From the NCBI GenBank assembly GCA_016906335.1, contig JADEYG010000004.1:806001-870000 (forward strand): a stretch of 64,000 nt of DNA, in the 5' to 3' direction. Every line of letters starts with the position of its first letter. The stretch's first letter is position 1. Below the pieces are notes generated by a model. That model did no database searches. It worked only from the letters and a program-made list of their open reading frames with translations, and was not told where the DNA came from. Positions 48,455-59,207 of this stretch are shown one piece after another. A program made the position numbers and the translations under genes. This DNA comes from Novakomyces olei. Taxonomy: Eukaryota.

Positions 48455-49526
48455 CTACACGCTAAATTTGACGCGGGCACGACTGCCCCTGTTGCCTTCG
48501 TCGTGAGCTGAGAACTCGACCATTTCTTCTTTTGGTAGACGCAGAATTTCTTTGAGAGCGCGGCTGTGCGTGATTAGTATTGATGATGATCGCAGTTGTA
48601 AAAATATAGACAATCTCCTGTTAAATGCATAGATGAAAGCAGAAAAAGAAGGCAAGTAGAATTAGTGCAAGGGATCAACATATGAACTTGAAATGACTAG
48701 TCAATCACCAATCAAACCTTGGCTAGTGATTGCACGGCCTTTATGACAAATTAGGCGTATGTACACGACCAACAGTGGGAGCATACGCCAGACAGGGGAA
48801 CAATGGTGAATAAAGGACTGAAAGGAAACAAAGAGACCTTCAATAAAAATCTAATAAAAGTAAAGCAGTGTAGAATGTATACCCAATGCGAAGAAGCCTC
48901 TCCTTATTATCGCAGGAACGCGTCCAGATACTAAGTCTGGAAAATTTTGCGCGTACGTTGCACACAACACCCATAATCTCATGCAACCCTTCTTCCTCGA
49001 TAGTCTCGCCAATTGCCGCTAATACCAGATTTGTCCACATTTCATCTAGCAATGCCGAACCAGGTCCTGGTTTAACTTTGATCTGATAAGACCAGCGGCC
49101 ACCATCAGAGTTTTGAGCGTCTTCCCATTCTGGCCGCACGCCACGGCGAAACACATGTAGATCGCTTTTTGAAGCCAGGTCTGAAGGCTTCGCAATATTA
49201 TTGAAAATTCCCCAGAACTCCTCCACGCTATCAAAAGAAATGACTTCTTTCAAAAGATCACGCCAGTCCGCTCCCGGCGCCTGCGCCGGTGGTTGAGTGT
49301 ACCACACCGTCCACTCGCTCATCAGCCCATGCTTTACGTTGAAATTGATCGGATTCTCTAGAACTGTTACAGGCCGCGATGCGCCAATATCCTCGTTCTC
49401 TGCTGCATCTTCAGTTGACTCGTTTGTTCCTGCATTCAAATGCTCATTTTTTGGCTCATTCACTTGATCATCGACGTGTTCAAGCTTCTGGTGAGCCTCT
49501 GCTGTCGGCTGTGCTACGTCCACCAT
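48455..49526 (-). CDS. Translation initiation factor eIF4E, 2 exons
   Basis: KHGLMSEWTVWY, FDSVEEFWGIFNNI, GVRPEWED, GGRW, IGE, SIWT and EFSAH. Confidence 0.95.
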
Positions 49527-50476
49527 TTCAGGAAGGCAGTATTTAAATGACGGCAAAGGACAAAAGCGGTCAAGTCCGTAGCTGCTGCTTCAAGCTCTTG
49601 ATCAGCTAAAGACTTGCGCCAAAAGGGTTTCTCTGGAAAAGTTGACTAGCACAGAACTTTCCCACTTGCCCGCTGGTGAATTACAGCAATCACCAGCACA
49701 AGCAGTTGTCTAGTACGAACAATAATTTCCAAGGAGATTTTTTTATGTTTCTTTTTCGCTAATAATATATTAATATAATGGAGTGAGTAAAGCTTATAGG
49801 GGATATTACAGGTTTGATACAGGTATATATATGCTGCAAAAAGACTCTGGACCGCGAATATTTTTGAAAAGATTCTAATTTAGGGTTTCCCTTGCTACTA
49901 ACCAGAAGAGTTTTTGAAATTGTAGAAATTCTTGTTGCCGGCTTTTCGCTAAACTAGATTTCGCTGGCAGCTTCTTTTAAAAAATCAATTTGTAGAAGGC
50001 AATTTAAATAAATAATTTGTTGCACAGAAACATAATATAATGTTATTGTCTTTTATACGTGTTACAAACTTGGATGGCTTACAATAAAATAAACAGCATT
50101 CGCAGTCTCAATTCCTATTCAGTATTCATTTAGACATTACAGGCCGAAATGCCGCTGTTCAAACAAAAATTCAAACATCAAAATTAAAAACCCATAATAT
50201 TCTCGCTGATCTATTGTGATTTCACTCTACTCCTTCATTGTGCGTTTATAGTAAATGGATAAAATTCCATTTTAGATAAAATCAATATAATAAACATTAC
50301 AATAGACAAATGATATAAGCTGTGTAATGGTAATTAACTCTGTCATAGCCAAGTGAGAAGGTAATTGGTTACAGTTCATGCGTGGCGGCACTTTGGGAAA
50401 TCGAGATAATCATAGCTGCAAATTCAGTTTTTAATTTCTTCAATGAAGAAATAGTGCCAAAGTGCAGCATATTGAC

Positions 50477-51538
50477 ATGACTGACCGTACTGGAGACTTT
50501 CTCTGTGCGGTGGAGCGACAAGGTGGGCACCGAATAAAACCGGACAAACAGGCAAAAGTCAATGATGCGTTCACCATGGAGGCAAAAGATATATATCAGT
50601 ATCTTTTAAGCATGCAAAAGTTCTTTGATCAGATTCGACGGCCGTACACGCGATCCTTAGCTGAATCATCCGGTCTTGAGGACGAAGAGAATGAAGCTGA
50701 AGATGAAGACAATGATGATTTTAATTTTAATGAAGAGATAGGGAAAAATTATCAAAAATTGCCTTCAAATTTACATTCGAGCCGTCTCACAGCTGCTCAA
50801 TGTGACGAAATTGATTTACAGTCTCGTATGATGATCAGGCAGGCAATGAACAGGGTCTCTGTTTTGGAAAAAGCCGAAACAGCTCGCAGGCAGCGCTTTG
50901 AACAGGGAAGCGTTTTGCAACGGCTTTTACGTACCGACGAAGAAAGCGAACGGGACAAAATATTGGCAGCGCATAGAATATCAATTGCTGCTTATTTAGG
51001 GGCAAAATTAAACAGACTTTCACAAATGCAAAAGGCTTTACAGGAGACCAGGCTAAATGCACAGCTGAAAACGATGCGTAGACGTGGAGGAGTTTACGAG
51101 CGAAGCCGGAACAACAGTAATGTACAGGTCCCTTACGAACAGGCAGCTGTGGAAATTGATCAAGAAGAAAAGGCAAAACAGGATCAAGAAACCATAGCTA
51201 TTGAATCTCAGCTTTCTCCTGCTCAAGTTCAAGTATTGCAAGAACAGAGCACCGCTTTACTGGACGAGTTTCAGGACACTCTGGCTAAAATTCACAACGT
51301 GGAAAAGTCAATATCCGAGATTTCTGATCTCCAGGCAGAGCTAATGCGGCATCTTGTCACACAAAACGATATATCAGAAAGGCTTTATGATGAAGCAAAA
51401 ACTACGGCTGTATCTGTGCAGCGTGGTAATCGCGAATTAGTACGGGCACGGCGGCGGCATGCTGCCTCAACAAAGTATATAGTGGCGGGTCTTCTTTTTG
51501 CCAGCTTTTTACTGCTGCTGCTCGATTGGATATCATGA
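50477..51538 (+). CDS. UFE1: ER t-SNARE syntaxin Ufe1 (syntaxin 18)
   Basis: MTDRT..F, DAFTMEA, IRRPY, LT..QCDEID, a SNARE heptad (VEKSISEISDLQ..LVTQ..GNREL) and a C-terminal TM helix ending LLDWIS. Confidence 0.9.
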   Translation: MTDRTGDFLCAVERQGGHRIKPDKQAKVNDAFTMEAKDIYQYLLSMQKFFDQIRRPYTRSLAESSGLEDEENEAEDEDNDDFNFNEEIGKNYQKLPSNLHSSRLTAAQCDEIDLQSRMMIRQAMNRVSVLEKAETARRQRFEQGSVLQRLLRTDEESERDKILAAHRISIAAYLGAKLNRLSQMQKALQETRLNAQLKTMRRRGGVYERSRNNSNVQVPYEQAAVEIDQEEKAKQDQETIAIESQLSPAQVQVLQEQSTALLDEFQDTLAKIHNVEKSISEISDLQAELMRHLVTQNDISERLYDEAKTTAVSVQRGNRELVRARRRHAASTKYIVAGLLFASFLLLLLDWIS

Positions 51539-51724
51539 TAGACGCCTAAATTAAATATAAATATATGAATAAAAAACGAATAATAGATTAATATAAATAA
51601 TCCTATTTAATTGTAATGTCTGTCATAAATTATTATAATAGTACACATTCAAATGCGGACAAAATGATAACAAAGATTGAGCATAACCCAATTTTTCTTT
51701 GCCCATTCTTGTACGAATGCTCGA

Positions 51725-53063
51725 TCAAAACACCTCCCATAAACTAATGTTTCCATCAGCCCCACCAACTGCTACTAAATGCTTCTTCATCATTTCTTGT
51801 TCTCTACGAGCTATCAGAGACGTGGCGCTTATCTCATTACTGTTATGATTGCCGTCTCGTATAACGGCAAAAGCAGTGGCGTGAACAGTAGACCTATGCC
51901 ACTTTAACACAGCCATTTGCTTTAGATTCGATGTTTTGTAGACGCGTGCACGTCCATCAAAGCCACCAGTTAAAAGATAAAGTCCGTCGCTTCTTACATT
52001 AGCCGCCTGTTGGCCATTGTGACCAGTGTTGGCCACGAGAGGCGGGGTATAAGAGGGCGACAAAGGACGGGGTATTTCGTCTTTACCATCACCTTTCAAT
52101 ACTTGATCATCAGGGCCACAGTCGGTATTAGGGTTAGTTGTAACCCTAGAACTTTTGGTGGCCTCATAGTTGCTATTCATATTTGCGTCTGTAAGGACAG
52201 GACTAGCGCAACGCAGAGAATGCCGAACAATACGTGCATCAGCACCGCAAGAGTAAAAAACCATTGACCCAAAATCACAGGCTAATGACAGAACTTTATT
52301 TTAGTAAATATGCTTTAAATAGCCACTTACCTGGAGCACGGTGGCTAGCATCGATAAAGATAGTACGCCACTGCTCTTGGCTATTGCCCTGTAAGTGGGC
52401 CACGTGGCCAGATTCGTAGCCGATGACAAGACTATTACAAGCAGGAGACAGGCCGACTGCCATTACGAGCCCGGTCTTTTCGTCCTTGGCACCAACTTCG
52501 GCAGAGAGCCGACGACAGCTCGGCATTTCATAAATGTCAACCAGCTCGGAGCGCTTGTGGTTAGGGACAGCGAGGATGAAGACGTCATCGCCCACATACT
52601 GGGCGGACAATGGACAGAAATTCAGAGCATTCACGTCCAATGCGCTAAACAGCCACGGGTTCCGTTCATCTTTTGCCGATGTAGGTAAAGGCAGTTCCCA
52701 CATGTAAACTTTATTGTCACGCCCGTGCCTTGAATGATAAGTCTCAGTAGGAGAAACAAGAGCGAAATGCAACGCTGGAAATACGTGCTTAAAATGCTAG
52801 ATGAACCATACGTTAACAGGTATCCATTGCGCCAGAATATGCCTAGGATTGTGCGTTTGTGTGCTCTCCAGGTTCTTGATGGCCTCCGCGTCGCGTTGCT
52901 CCATACTATAACGAACCCTTCTGCATCGCTGTGTATGTTAGCCGTACTGCTACCATCCGGCTGCTTACGCTGAAATAATGTACGCGTTTTCCGCTGCAAA
53001 TTGTATGGCGCTTATTTGATGGCTGTGCCCACGGAGTACGAACGCCGGCACGGGCACGCTCAT
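51725..53063 (-). CDS. ASA1: WD40 protein Asa1 (ASTRA complex), multi-exon
   Basis: PAFVLRGH, DAEGFVIVW..TRRP..WRAH, HGRDNKVYMW, LDVNALNFC, TGLVM, GYESG, TGGFDGRARVY..MAVLKWH and DGNISLWEVF. Confidence 0.9.
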
Positions 53064-53128
53064 TAGACCCACATAGTATCCGCCTTCTTTTCGTACACCG
53101 ATTTTGGCTAACTGCCGTCAGTATTTTA

Positions 53129-53360
53129 ATAAAATAAAATAATAATAAAATAATAATAATAAAATAATAAAATAATAAAATAATAAAATAATAAAATAAT
53201 AAAATAATAAAATAATAAAATAATAAAATAATAAAATAATAAAATAATAAAATAATAAAATAATAAAATAATAAAATAATAAAATAATAAAATAATAAAA
53301 TAATAAAATAATAAAATAATAAAATAATAAAATAATAAAATAATAAAATAATAAAATAAT
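53129..53360. repeat. (AAAATAAT)n microsatellite
   Basis: In the divergent ASA1/MHR1 spacer. Confidence 0.95.
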
Positions 53361-53461
53361 AGAATAAATTATCTAGTACCGGATACAAACTGTAAAATAT
53401 CATATAATTGTATTATTTGATCAATAATTTTTATATTTGCTCATCACCTGAAATCTTCGCT

Positions 53462-54040
53462 ATGGCTGCCCTTAGGGCCACGGCGCCCGAGCTCTTCTTC
53501 TACAAGAACAGGTCGACATACCAAATTCTCGCCTCGCCAGCGTACGTGATGAAGGTACGGGTTTACTCTCTGCTCATCTAACCAAAGACTTCCATCTTAA
53601 AACAACTGCCTTACCCAACGTTACCGGAGAAGAACAATGCGCCAAAAAAGATGCGACCACCACAGCTACGACGGGACCACTGGCACATTATGGCTCGTGT
53701 GATGTGTCCCGACGTAGTTTCGGCAGATTACATACTGACAGAGTACTTGCGGTATCGGCGGATGAGAGAAAAGGCGCCCCTCACTATGCGTGAACGTTAC
53801 ATGCCTCGCGATCAACGCAACCGGCATTTTATGCGACTCTCATTACCACATACTGTGGCTGACTTGGCGGATATAATTGGACGGGCGCCAAATGTGCCTG
53901 TTTTGTTCTACTGGACTAATTTATCCGATCGGCTTTGGTCGGATCAATGGACTGCTAATGCAGAGCACCGTGAACTGGTCTCTAAAGAAATTGCTTTGCC
54001 GAATGAACTGCTACAAAAGGAGGAGCCTTTAGAGGCCTAA
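53462..54040 (+). CDS. MHR1: Mitochondrial Mhr1 / ribosomal protein mL67, 2 exons
   Basis: LKQL..RPPQLRRDHW..MA, L..YRR.RE, TVADLA and YW...DR.W...W. Confidence 0.82.
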
Positions 54041-54994
54041 ATTTGTTCTTTACATTAATCCCTGCTGCTGCGGCAGCGACTATTCTACTGTCAGCCTCAA
54101 GTGCACCTCGCAAGAGGCCGTTGTGATAAGGGGCCCTTTGTAATTATATAAATATTGAAACACTTAAAAGCCAGGCCTACACTTTTGTTTGATCCAACGT
54201 CTTCTTTGACGTATATCGAATAATACTTCAGTCTAAAATCGTTGACAAGAACAGTAACTTTATCAAAAGCCGTATTGTATGTTAATACAGCATTTTGATC
54301 TCGATTAAACTTTCCAAGATTTTCAGGACGCGCAGTTTTAAAGATGTTGACCTTTTTTTATGCGTCTATATAGACTCGTGTATAGTAATATGCTATTCCC
54401 TCTGCAAATACTTCCATTTACAAAGGAGTCGACTTAGTACACATGTTACTTTGGATTTCTAATATTTATGTTCAACCAGACGACTAAGCTAACTTGATGG
54501 TGGGCGATGGCAATATCTATTAATCGACTGAGTACCCCGTTGATTGTTGGATTGGGACTTTCAATTTAAAAAGTTCTGTTTCCATGTAATGGTAGATAAA
54601 CCCTAAACCTGATAATACTAATATTTTTTTATGGATTAACCCCGCTAACCCAGATAATCGTAAGCGATATGAAGCTATCACTTAGGAACATGGATCACAT
54701 AAAAACGCTAGATGCAATACAAATATTTGTGCATTTTTCGTGTCCAGTGTGTTGTATTGGCCAAAATAGATGCAAAAAAGCAGACTTCTACAATGAATTA
54801 TAATATATGATCCACGCGAACAATGGTGCGAAAAAGAAGAAATATACAAATGAATAGGTAAGTAGGTAGATAGTCGATTAATTAGTCAGTTAGTTAATCA
54901 GTTAATTAATTAATTAAATGATTCATTCGTTCATTCGTTCGTTCGTTCGTTCAAAATAAATAATTAATTAATCAAATGGAATAAATAGAATTGT

Positions 54995-55093
54995 GTCTAG
55001 CTCCTAGCCTGAATCCGCCCGAAAAACAAAAGGTCCCAGAGAAGGCCCATTTTCCAGATGGCACCGCGTGGAGGTGGCTAGACTTTGCCGCCC
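54995..55093 (-). ncRNA. Candidate HDV-like self-cleaving ribozyme
   Basis: Minus strand reads P1 GGGCGGC, AAA, P2 GUCUAGCC, P3 ACC, L3 UCCACGC, P3' GGU, P1' GCCAUCU, GG, P4 region, J4/2 GCUAG, P2' G(A)GCUAGAC. Confidence 0.8.
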
Positions 55094-55149
55094 AAAAGAA
55101 AAAAAACAGGAAAATCGGAGAAAATGAAGAAAATTAAATAAATAAACGG

Positions 55150-55230
55150 AATAGAATTGTGTCTAGCTCCTAGCCGGAACCCGCTCAAGGCGCCAAAGGT
55201 CCCACAGCAGGCTCAGTTTCCAGGCTAGAC
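55150..55230 (-). repeat. Tandem, internally deleted copy of the ribozyme element
   Basis: A 26-nt block is identical to 54984-55009 (offset 166). It shares AAAGGTCCCA, TTTCCAG and GCTAGAC but lacks the 19-nt P3-L3-P1' segment. Confidence 0.85.
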
Positions 55231-55771
55231 ATGAGATCTGTGGTAGATTTTGTATTCTATTTTAGAACGATTTGTACGATGTTATGAGACTTATTAACAA
55301 TACACTACTGATAATCATAAAATCTGTAAATGGCCGCGTTCGGTAAATTGACACTTTTTGTCCAATTTTGTTGTTGTTGGGGGAGGGAATAAACGCGTTC
55401 CCGTGACCGTAATTTCTACGAGTCAAAGTAACGCGACCAGTATTCCGTAAAAAAAAATAAAGTGATTACGATTATACTATCATTTTTTTGAATAAGTAAA
55501 CAAGTAGCGATATTTTTTCTCTATTTATTATAACATCCAAAATGAACTGGATATTTATTGTTGAATATAGAAGGTTGGAATTTGCTCTTATGGTAGATTA
55601 AATGAATTAGATGCTCTAGATTGCTTCAGCTGAATCCCCCGAGGGTGTGAGGGTTCGCTTGAGCTATATATATGTAACTATGTATTTTTGAGTGAGTATT
55701 CTGTAAAGCTAAAAGTCAAACAACTGACACTCATGGTTGAGTTGTCTTAGCCGGTCAGTGAGTCGGCGAGT

Positions 55772-55772
<1 letters not shown>

Positions 55773-55832
<60 letters not shown>
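55773..55832. repeat. (TAT)n microsatellite
   Basis: Visible directly. Confidence 0.95.
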
Positions 55833-55833
<1 letters not shown>

Positions 55834-56786
55834 AGGGGATAATAGATTCATATTTCAACATTTATTATTTAGATTGCACAATAGAATGTGGATAATATGG
55901 TATGACAGATTAGTATTTAGCATTGTTAGTCTGAAGCAAATTGATCGATAAATTTGTGTACTTTTTGGAACTAATGATCTGCAGTATCTCGTGTTTATTT
56001 ACCATGGAGAGCACGATACGAAAGATATTCTTAACTGAATGATGATGGATTGCTAGGGCATTTTTCACTGATTTTTTACGTTTTTAATGCAACATTTTCC
56101 TTCGGGAGCTTCTACCGATATAATATTTTGGTCAACTCAAATCAGTATCGTGGCAAATATATTACGTACGGTACTTCTACCCAAGGCTTGTGCCGACAAG
56201 CACTTTCAGCCCGCTCGTGTTCGAACTGCTTCGAAAGAGTTGCCAAGCTCGTAGTCGTCACACTTTTTATTCGGGGGCTCTTTTCCTCTCTGCTTAGTCC
56301 AAATAGTCGTCATTTCTTTTCCTCTCATTCCATGATTGACCTCTTTCTCTTAATGACTACTGTTTCTCAATTGCGGTTCCGCCATAAAACCCGTTACCAC
56401 GCTCACTATCCCAACCTTTCTCTTCCCTTGAATGAGGAAAATATTGTATATTTGAATAACCCTATATTGTAACTGTAGACGTTTAAAGCGCATGTTATCA
56501 TCCCGACAATGTGGACATTTCAGAGTTTTCTTTACCAAATAAAATAATTAGTTATAAAAAAATAATAAAGTAATAAAATAATAAAAATTGAATTATAAAA
56601 TTGTAGAACAAAAATGTTCGTCAAAAATTACTGATATTTACAGAACGCAAACGGCTAAAAGCACATTAACTTTCACGGCAATTAACGCGAGACAATCTTT
56701 TGCATGCTCGTATTCGTTGCAGCCTACATCAATTCCATCTAATAAACAACCAGCAACCGATTGATCTGAAAAATTAACGCAAAATT

Positions 56787-58239
56787 ATGAGCTCAGACGA
56801 ACGAATACTCCGGAGTGTGCCTGATCGCACTCTGCCTGGGTTCCAAACTATGAAGAGTGCAGGACCGCCTCGTCGTCGCCGTCGTGCTAATTCAGTCGCT
56901 CAGCAGATGGCACGTGACTCTGTAGACAGGCTTCGTCGGGATACTTGGCGTATGTGAACTATAGAAATTGCTATTCTTATTTTTAAATCTCAACTAAATT
57001 TCTTTTGCTTGTTTTTGTCTTGATGTTAACTTGACTAACAAAAAGTGCCTCCGCTACTTTTGATGAGCGTGTTTGTCATTGCATACTTACTGAATCCTTC
57101 ACCGGATAATTGGGCTCGTCCGTTCATATTCTTATCGTACCCTGTACCTAATACTTCTCCGCAAATGTATGGCAAAGGACTCAAAGATGGCTTGTTTTGT
57201 ATCTTTTACGGCCTTTTTTTTACGTTCGTACGCGAATTTCTTATGCAGAAAGTAATCCGACCGATTGCTGTGTATTCTGGTATAAAGGGTCGCTCTAAGC
57301 AGATGCGTTTTATGGAACAAATGTACGCATTCCTTTATTTCGGCTTCTTTGGGCCTTTTGGATTGGTAAGTATACATTTATTCTCATGTTCTTGTTCGTG
57401 TTTATTCATTGTTTTAATTCACGATTATAAACGGTCTCATACCTTTCTCATTGTATGACTAACCTGCCTCAGTATAATATGTACAAAACTCCCCTTTGGT
57501 TTTTCGACACGAAGCATTTTTGGATCGGTTTCCCTCACCGAGCCCACAATGCGACGTTCAAATTGCATTACCTTTTAGAGGCAGCGTATTGGCTGCAGCA
57601 GGCAGTGGTCCTAGCTCTTCGATTGGAAAAACCTCGAAAGGATTACAAGGAACTGGTGTTTCACCATATTGTAACCTTGGCTCTGATCGTTCTTAGCTAC
57701 CGATTCCATTTCACTTACATCGGCCTTTGCGTATACGTTACCATGGACGTCTCCGACATTTTTCTCGCCGTAATTAATTGTTTTATTATTTTTTTGCTTT
57801 TCGTTCTATTCTTGCCCCGTGCTAGTCGTTTTATTTTGCTTTTAATCTATACATGCTTCTCTCGTTATTCTATAGTACTTCAACTTTGGCAAACTAACCT
57901 ATGCAGCTTTCCAAAGTATTAAATTACCTCGATCATTGGCTCGGCGTCCCCATGTTTATGTTCTTCGTTGGTGTATGGGCTTACATGCGGCATTATTTGA
58001 ACTTTCTCTTCCTTTGGTCGCTTGTTTACGAGATGCCTGTTTATGGACCCTTTGAACTGAACTGGGAGACACAGCAGTATAGCTGCTGGATTTCTCAATA
58101 CATCACGTTTGCTCTTCTTTCTCTGCTACAGGCCGTCAATCTTTTCTGGTTTTTCCTTATTATTCGTATCGGCCTTCGCTACCTTATTGCGGGCGTTAAA
58201 AAGGACGAACGTAGCGACGATGAAGACAAGGATGAGTAA
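56787..58239 (+). CDS. LAC1: Ceramide synthase, LAG1/LAC1 family, 4 exons
   Basis: FIFLSY..MYGKG.KD, FFTFVREFLM, RFMEQMY, LEKPRKDYKELVFHHIVTLALI.LSYRFHFT, TMDVSDIFLA|LSK.LNY and KDERSDDED. Confidence 0.93.
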
Positions 58240-59207
58240 GTGCACCATTGAAACTTTATATTATATTATATCATTTATTTTTTCATTAATTCTAATCCTG
58301 TTAAATAATTCATGTTTTCTCGGTGCTAATCATCCCAAGTAACGAGCCAGAGGTCCTAGACGAGAAGAAACACGACTAAAATTCTGAGTGTGAGCACTAC
58401 GAAGAGATCGGGAGATGGCTTGCATACTTTAATAACAATCAAAATATTTTATTTGATTCCTTATACATTTGCTTGCGACTGACGATCGCAAGCGTCTATT
58501 AATCAATCCAAATTTTTAAACTACAATTTTTGGTTACCGAGTCTGGGAAAGGCAGTCAAGGGATGCCGGCCTTTTTATGATATACATATTGTTTTTCGTG
58601 TCGCACACACACGTCTCTACATACTACTTAATTTTATACGAATATATATATATATATATATATAATGTCTTTGCTAGTATTGAAAGGATATATTTAATAT
58701 TATGTGAATTCAAAATGACGCGTTTACTAAACACTAATATATCCACATTTTGCTATGTATTTTCCTTCAAGATGCTAATTCACAAACACTCCACAAACAA
58801 GTACAATACAGAAAGTGAATGACAGAATTATAGAACTGTAAGGACTTTGACAGAAACCACGAGTGAGAATGAATAAAGTGCAGAGCACTCAACAACAATA
58901 ACTCTAGACAATATTTATGCGAAAAATATTAAAACAAAAAAACAAACTTGCTTTTAAACAAAAACAGCCTGCCAGTATCTACAATGAAATGCAGTCACAT
59001 TTTTGCCTTCCTCCATATATATCAAAAGTATTTGTAATATGGCAATAGCAAAGTACGACTCGGTCAACCCCTGTCCACTTTGATGCTGCTAATGCCAAGA
59101 CAGAAGCCCACCCATACCTTGCTCGCACAGCGCTATGACAATTATAGAAGTTTCCCGGATTTTGTGCTTTGACTTTTCATTCGCCAAATAAAACTCAACA
59201 TTTGCCT

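Noticed and set aside
52325-52340. ACTTACCTGG resembling the U1 snRNA 5' end
   Set aside because: It is the reverse complement of an ASA1 splice donor (CCAG/GTAAGT), and no U1 stem-loops follow.
54985-55230. H/ACA snoRNA interpretation of the duplicated element (minus-strand stem followed by ACAATT)
   Set aside because: There is no adjacent H box or convincing pseudouridylation pocket. The HDV-like fold explains far more positions.
56050-56538. 140-aa and 62-aa ORFs as a possible protein partner of the ribozyme element
   Set aside because: Non-ATG starts, no reverse transcriptase, endonuclease or delta-antigen motifs, and a composition typical of non-coding DNA.
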